From assembly GCA_041690135.1 (NCBI GenBank), contig JAWLHY010000003.1, positions 800,001 through 864,000 of the forward strand: a stretch of 64,000 bases of DNA, read 5' to 3'. This document shows, piece after piece, positions 59,646 through 64,000 of this stretch. Source of the stretch: Armatimonadota bacterium. GTDB taxonomy: Bacteria > Armatimonadota > SYMT01. The translations under genes and the position numbers were made by a program. Positions within the stretch are counted from its first letter, which is position 1. Each line of letters opens with the position of its first letter. Below the pieces are notes generated by a model. It saw nothing but the letters and a program-made list of their open reading frames with translations. It searched no databases and was not told the origin of the DNA.

Positions 59646-62285
59646 CTACGGCCGCAGGACGGCTACGGCGCAGTCGGCGCCGCGGAGGACGGTGGCGATG
59701 GCGGAACCGAGGAAGAGGCGGCGGGTGGGGCGGATGCTCCCGCCCATGACGATGAGGTCCACGCCGCGCTCCTGGGCTACGCGGACGATCTCGGGGCCGG
59801 CGCGGTCGCCGCGGGCGAGTAGGGTTTCCGCGGGCACGTGATAAGCCTCGGCCAGGCTGCGGACCTGTTCCAGTAGGTCCTGCCCCGCCTCCCGAGCCCG
59901 TTGCTCGTAATCGGTTAGCCAGAAGAGCGCCTCGTCGTATTCCTCGTAGACATATACGGCGGTGAGGCGGGCGCCCGTGGCGCGGGCGACGGCAACCGCC
60001 AGTTCGGCGGCCTGGATGGATTGGGCGGCGGCGGAGACCGGTACGAGGACGTGTTGGGGTCGGGACCATTCCGCCGTGCGGGGCGCCCGTACCACGAGCA
60101 AGGGGTGCGACAGTTCGCGAGCAATCTCGTCCACGAAGGCTCCGAAGACGGCATCGCCCGTTCCCGCATCCGGGCTGCAGCCCAGCGCCACCAGATCGAA
60201 GCCCCGCCGGGCTTCCGTGAGGATGGTCCGGATGGCGAGCTCGGGAGGGGACCCCTCGCCTTCGGGAGTGACGATCGATGGGTGGAAGGCCGCCTGTTCG
60301 CCGCGCAGGTGCTGCTTGAGGGACGCCAGGGCGGAGGTGCCGTTGCCGTTGCCGTCGCCGCGGGCCCGCACGTAGAGGCCGGTCACCTCCACCGGCTGCT
60401 GCCCGGCGACGGCATCAATCACCTCGGCGGCGATGGCGGCGTCGCTGCCGCCGCGGGAGGGCAGCAGCACCCGCTGGATGCGACCGAGGAAACTGCGCTG
60501 GCGGAGGGACTCCTGGCGGAGGCGCGCTTCTTCTGCGGCTTCCGGCTGCACCTGCCGGAGCGACCAGCGGAGGAGGGGCGGCGTCACCGCGGTGGTGAGC
60601 ACCGCCATCACGATGATCATGGAGAACATGTCGACGGTGAGGATACCCAGCGAGAAGCCGATGATCCCCACGATCAGCCCCATGGCCCCGCGGGCATTGG
60701 TGCCGAACCCCACGCTAAGGGCCTCCCAGTGTTTCACCTGGGCGAGGCGCGCCCCCCAGTAACAGCCGGCGATCTTACCCAAGGCGGCGGCCCCAGTCAG
60801 GAGCGCGGCCATGCCGAGCAGCGGCGGCGAGGCGAGGACGCCCAGGTTGACGTGAAGGCCCGCCGCCGCGAAGAAGATCGGGGCGAAGATGGCGCTGGTG
60901 ACCGTCTCCACCGGGTGCAGCACCCGCTCGTTGATGACCGGAGACTCGCGGAGCAGGATACCGGCCACAAACGCCCCGAGCACGGCGTGGACGCCGATGA
61001 ACTGGGTGGCGGCGGCACTGAGCAACATCAACACAATGACGGCGGTCAGCAGCGCGTGCTCCACCCGCAGGCGGTCGTTAACCCACCGCAGGAGACGGCG
61101 GACCAGCAGGCGCCCCAGGGTGGCGGAGAAGACCAGGAACAACAGCGTGCCGAGGATGGTCTTCCCGGCGTGCCCGGCATCCACGTGGCCGCCCCCGGCG
61201 AGACTGGCGACCACCCCCAGGATGATCCAGCCGAGGGTATCGTGGGCCAGGGCGGCGGCCAGGATCAACTGGCCGACGTTCCGCCGGAGGAGCTGCATAT
61301 CCAGCAGGATCTTGGCGATCACCGGCACGGAGGAGACGGAGAGTACGGTGCCGAGGAAGAGCGCCAGCACCAGCCGGGAATCGGGCGTGGTCAGGAGCGT
61401 GGGCGGGAGCAGGAAGCCCAGGCCCGCGCCCAGCGCGAAGGGGACCAGCACCCCGGAGATCGCGATGAAGAGCGTGGGCCGGCCCTGCTGGCGGATCAGG
61501 GCGATATCCGTTTCCAACCCCGTGAGCATCAGCAGGAACAACACGCCGATCCAGGAGACCACCTCCAGCAGGTACGACTGGGTGGTCTCCACGGGGAACA
61601 CCAGCGCCTTGAGCTCGGGAAGGACCATCCCCAGGAACGACTGTCCCAGCAGGATGCCGGCCAGCAGTTGCCCAATCACCGGAGGCTGTCCCAGGCGCAG
61701 CGCGAGCTCGCCGCAGAGGCGCGCGACGAGCAGTAACACGGCGACCTGGATGATGAGTAGCAGGACGCGGTGCTCGCTCAGGGTCTTGACGCTGAGGGTC
61801 TGCTGCTGCCGCGTGTAGAGCGGTTTTAGCTGGGTGAGATTGGCGCGCAGGGTGGTGGCCCATTCCTCCGCCAGTTGCTCGGGGGTGGTGTCTTCTGCCT
61901 CGGCGTCCGCCGTCGTGACTTCCACCACCCGGAAGTCTCCCAGCACCACCCCGGGGCTGCCGTCGGAAAAGGTGCGAACGGAAAGTTGATGGGGGTCCAG
62001 CCCCGGTTCGTGGAGGATCCGCTCGATCCGCCGGTTGACCAGGAAGGCACGCTCGTCCGCCGTGATGGAGCCAATCCGCCCGTAGAGCAGAAACAGGCTG
62101 CGCGTGCCGGCCCGCACCTCGGCGGCATCCAATGGCGCTTGCGAGGCGCGTGGAGGTTCCTGGGCCGCGGTGGGGGCGATCAGGCCGACAGGCAGGAGGA
62201 GGCACACCAGTAAGATCAGCGACGCGAGACCGCTACGGTAGGCGACCAGGAACCGGCACCAATGGCCTACTGCTGTATTCCTCAC
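59646..62285 (-). CDS. CPA2 cation:proton antiporter with an N-terminal extracytoplasmic domain and C-terminal USP domains (start uncertain)
   Basis: LGQPPVIGQLLAGILLG, LMLTGLETD, HAVLGAFVAG, PIFF, ARGAM; VDLIVMG...FLGS....VLRGADCAV. Confidence 0.88.
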   Translation of the reverse strand: MRNTAVGHWCRFLVAYRSGLASLILLVCLLLPVGLIAPTAAQEPPRASQAPLDAAEVRAGTRSLFLLYGRIGSITADERAFLVNRRIERILHEPGLDPHQLSVRTFSDGSPGVVLGDFRVVEVTTADAEAEDTTPEQLAEEWATTLRANLTQLKPLYTRQQQTLSVKTLSEHRVLLLIIQVAVLLLVARLCGELALRLGQPPVIGQLLAGILLGQSFLGMVLPELKALVFPVETTQSYLLEVVSWIGVLFLLMLTGLETDIALIRQQGRPTLFIAISGVLVPFALGAGLGFLLPPTLLTTPDSRLVLALFLGTVLSVSSVPVIAKILLDMQLLRRNVGQLILAAALAHDTLGWIILGVVASLAGGGHVDAGHAGKTILGTLLFLVFSATLGRLLVRRLLRWVNDRLRVEHALLTAVIVLMLLSAAATQFIGVHAVLGAFVAGILLRESPVINERVLHPVETVTSAIFAPIFFAAAGLHVNLGVLASPPLLGMAALLTGAAALGKIAGCYWGARLAQVKHWEALSVGFGTNARGAMGLIVGIIGFSLGILTVDMFSMIIVMAVLTTAVTPPLLRWSLRQVQPEAAEEARLRQESLRQRSFLGRIQRVLLPSRGGSDAAIAAEVIDAVAGQQPVEVTGLYVRARGDGNGNGTSALASLKQHLRGEQAAFHPSIVTPEGEGSPPELAIRTILTEARRGFDLVALGCSPDAGTGDAVFGAFVDEIARELSHPLLVVRAPRTAEWSRPQHVLVPVSAAAQSIQAAELAVAVARATGARLTAVYVYEEYDEALFWLTDYEQRAREAGQDLLEQVRSLAEAYHVPAETLLARGDRAGPEIVRVAQERGVDLIVMGGSIRPTRRLFLGSAIATVLRGADCAVAVLRP

Positions 62286-62389
62286 CTGGTTGGTCAAGAA
62301 GGGATGGCGGTCCAAAGGTTCTCCGGTTCCCATTCGGCGGCACGGACGGAATCCCATGGGGCGCAACGGGTGTGCGTACAGGACGTCCT

Positions 62390-62540
62390 CTACGGGGTCT
62401 CTGCAAATTACTGAGCAGGTACGGATTCCCAGAAGGAGGCCGCGCAAGCGCCGTCACTCCGGCAAGAATCGCTGACCTGCATTGAGAAACATGCTCGTGC
62501 CGAGTGGCCAAGACTGTTCAGATACTTCCCCAACCCATTG
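62390..62540 (+). mobile_element. MITE-like family C, degenerate copy
   Basis: GCAGGTACGG..CCAGAAGGAGGCCGCGCAAGCGCCGTCACTCCGGCAAG..GACCTG..GAAACA.GCTCGTG..CCCAACCC. Confidence 0.65.
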
Positions 62541-62572
62541 TTGCAGTGCGGGTGCGAGGGCCTGATCCTGGT

Positions 62573-62728
62573 CGGGGACTGCCCTAACTCCGCCGGGTGT
62601 ACGCCCCGACCCTACCGTCCGCACTGCGACTGCCGCGATGGAGTACAGGTGTGGGAGCACGAACCTGGTTGGGGACTGTCCTATGCCCAGATGCCCTATG
62701 CCCCGCCGGGTGTACGCCCCGAACCTAC
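62573..62728. repeat. Direct repeat pair (REP-like)
   Basis: CGCCGGGTGTACGCCCCGA(C/A)CCTAC at 62591 and 62704, each preceded by GGGGACTG(C/T)CCTA. Confidence 0.6.
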
Positions 62729-62824
62729 ATTAACAGGTGCGGGCCCAAAGGTCATCCCATTTGCCAGGTGTTATTCCCCTGTTCCCCCACGGCGGGACAG
62801 GGGAATAACCAGGACGAGGGGGAG

Positions 62825-64000
62825 TTAGCTCGTGCCCGGTCGCTCGGAAGCTCCTGAGGCACCCGTTCCACCATTGGGAGCGGCTACCGCCACGGGGGCC
62901 TCGTGGGCGTGGCCGTTCTTGCCGTTGCCGCTCATGGCGTGGATCAGGCGGTCCCACGGGATGCCGGAGCGGAGATGGAGGTCGCGCTGCGGAAACGGAA
63001 TCTCGATGTCCCGCTCGCCGAACGCCCGGAAGAGCTGGTGGAGGAGCTGGCTGGTTACGCGCGGTCGCACGCTCGTGCGCAGGTCGGTCCAGACCAGCAG
63101 GTCGAACTCCAGGGCGTTGTCCCCCATGTTTTTGAACCAGACTTCCGGCGCCGGCTCGGGCAGCACATCCGGGTGCGCCCGCGCCACGGCCAGGGCCGCT
63201 TCTTCCACGGCCGTCGGGTCCGCGGAATAGGCCACGCCGAAGGGGACCTTGCTGCGCACCACGCTGGTCCCGTGGGTCCAGTTGATCAGCGTGTCTTCCA
63301 GCAGCTTGGAGTTGGGGATGAGGAGATCCAGGTTGTCGCCGGTCGTAACGGTGGTGGCTCGCAGGTTCACCTCCCGCACGATGCCGGTCTGGTCGCCCAC
63401 GGTGATCAGGTCGCCCTGGCGCACCTGCCGGCTGGTGAGCAGGATCAGGCCGCTGGCGAGATTGTTGGCGATGTTCTGAAGGCCGAAGCCAAGGCCCACG
63501 CTGAGGCCGCCCGCGACCAGGGCCAGGCTGGTGGGAGAAAGCCCCAGGTTGTTCAGCACCAGCAGCACGATCGCGGCCACGATGGCGTAGTGGAGCAGCC
63601 GGTTGAGCGCATACGCTTCTCCCGCCCCGATCCCCATCCGCGGGTAGACGTGGAAGCTGAGGGCCGACTGGAGCCAGCGGGACACCAGGAGGAGGAAGGC
63701 GCCGAGGAGCAGGCTGAGCCAGATGCCGTTCCCCGTGACCCGGAGGCTTCCCGCTTCGATCCACGGCTGCTCGCGCAGGTGCAGCCAGGGCTCCCACAGG
63801 TCGAGGACCTTGAGGCTGAAGGCGTAGACGAAGACTAGGACGACGAACGCGGCGAGCCGGTGCAGCGAGCTGAGCAACTGCTCCCGCTCCGCGGCCCTCT
63901 CGGGGTGGGGCGGAATGGAGCGGTCGGCGAGGCGGTAGAGGGTGTGGAACAGGCCGAAGCCGATGAGCCAGATGGCCACCAGGGCCCAACTCCGGGCCAG
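62825..64000 (-). CDS. MscS-family mechanosensitive channel (5' end outside window)
   Basis: GGLSVGLGFGLQNIANNLASG, GDLITV, LRATTV, IPNS, INWT, GVAY, IEIPFPQRDLHLRS. Confidence 0.92.
   Translation of the reverse strand: MARSWALVAIWLIGFGLFHTLYRLADRSIPPHPERAAEREQLLSSLHRLAAFVVLVFVYAFSLKVLDLWEPWLHLREQPWIEAGSLRVTGNGIWLSLLLGAFLLLVSRWLQSALSFHVYPRMGIGAGEAYALNRLLHYAIVAAIVLLVLNNLGLSPTSLALVAGGLSVGLGFGLQNIANNLASGLILLTSRQVRQGDLITVGDQTGIVREVNLRATTVTTGDNLDLLIPNSKLLEDTLINWTHGTSVVRSKVPFGVAYSADPTAVEEAALAVARAHPDVLPEPAPEVWFKNMGDNALEFDLLVWTDLRTSVRPRVTSQLLHQLFRAFGERDIEIPFPQRDLHLRSGIPWDRLIHAMSGNGKNGHAHEAPVAVAAPNGGTGASGASERPGTS

Noticed and set aside
1-64000. tRNA, rRNA, transposase or integrase genes
   Set aside because: No recognisable signatures in sequence or ORF translations

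Overview
GC-rich bacterial DNA. Four DUF1501 genes, two PSD1-type (DUF1549/DUF1553) genes, a cytochrome-c/WD40 gene and a PEP-CTERM gene suggest Armatimonadota or a PVC-group organism (inference). The centre (about 30-50 kb) is a complete minus-strand type I-E CRISPR-Cas locus: WYL regulator, cas3, cse1, cse2, cas7, cas5, cas6e, array 2, cas1, cas2, array 1, with array 3 upstream of the WYL gene. The arrays hold about 46, 32 and 21 repeats of two variants by my count. The most unusual signal is at the trailer (leader-distal) end of all three arrays. Each continues into degenerate repeats separated by 300-440 bp structured 'giant spacers' of two families (A x4, B x4) that are shared and reordered between arrays. 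The second unusual signal is a homologous 250-285 bp repeat-derived element sitting in frame inside two different PSD1-family genes. The window also has an ATPase+HNH (Septu/PtuAB-like) pair, a DUF5678 gene with a frameshifted aspartyl protease partner, a three-copy MITE-like element, many short-period repeats at gene borders, and ordinary transport and metabolic genes. All calls come from reading motifs by eye; no database searches were run.
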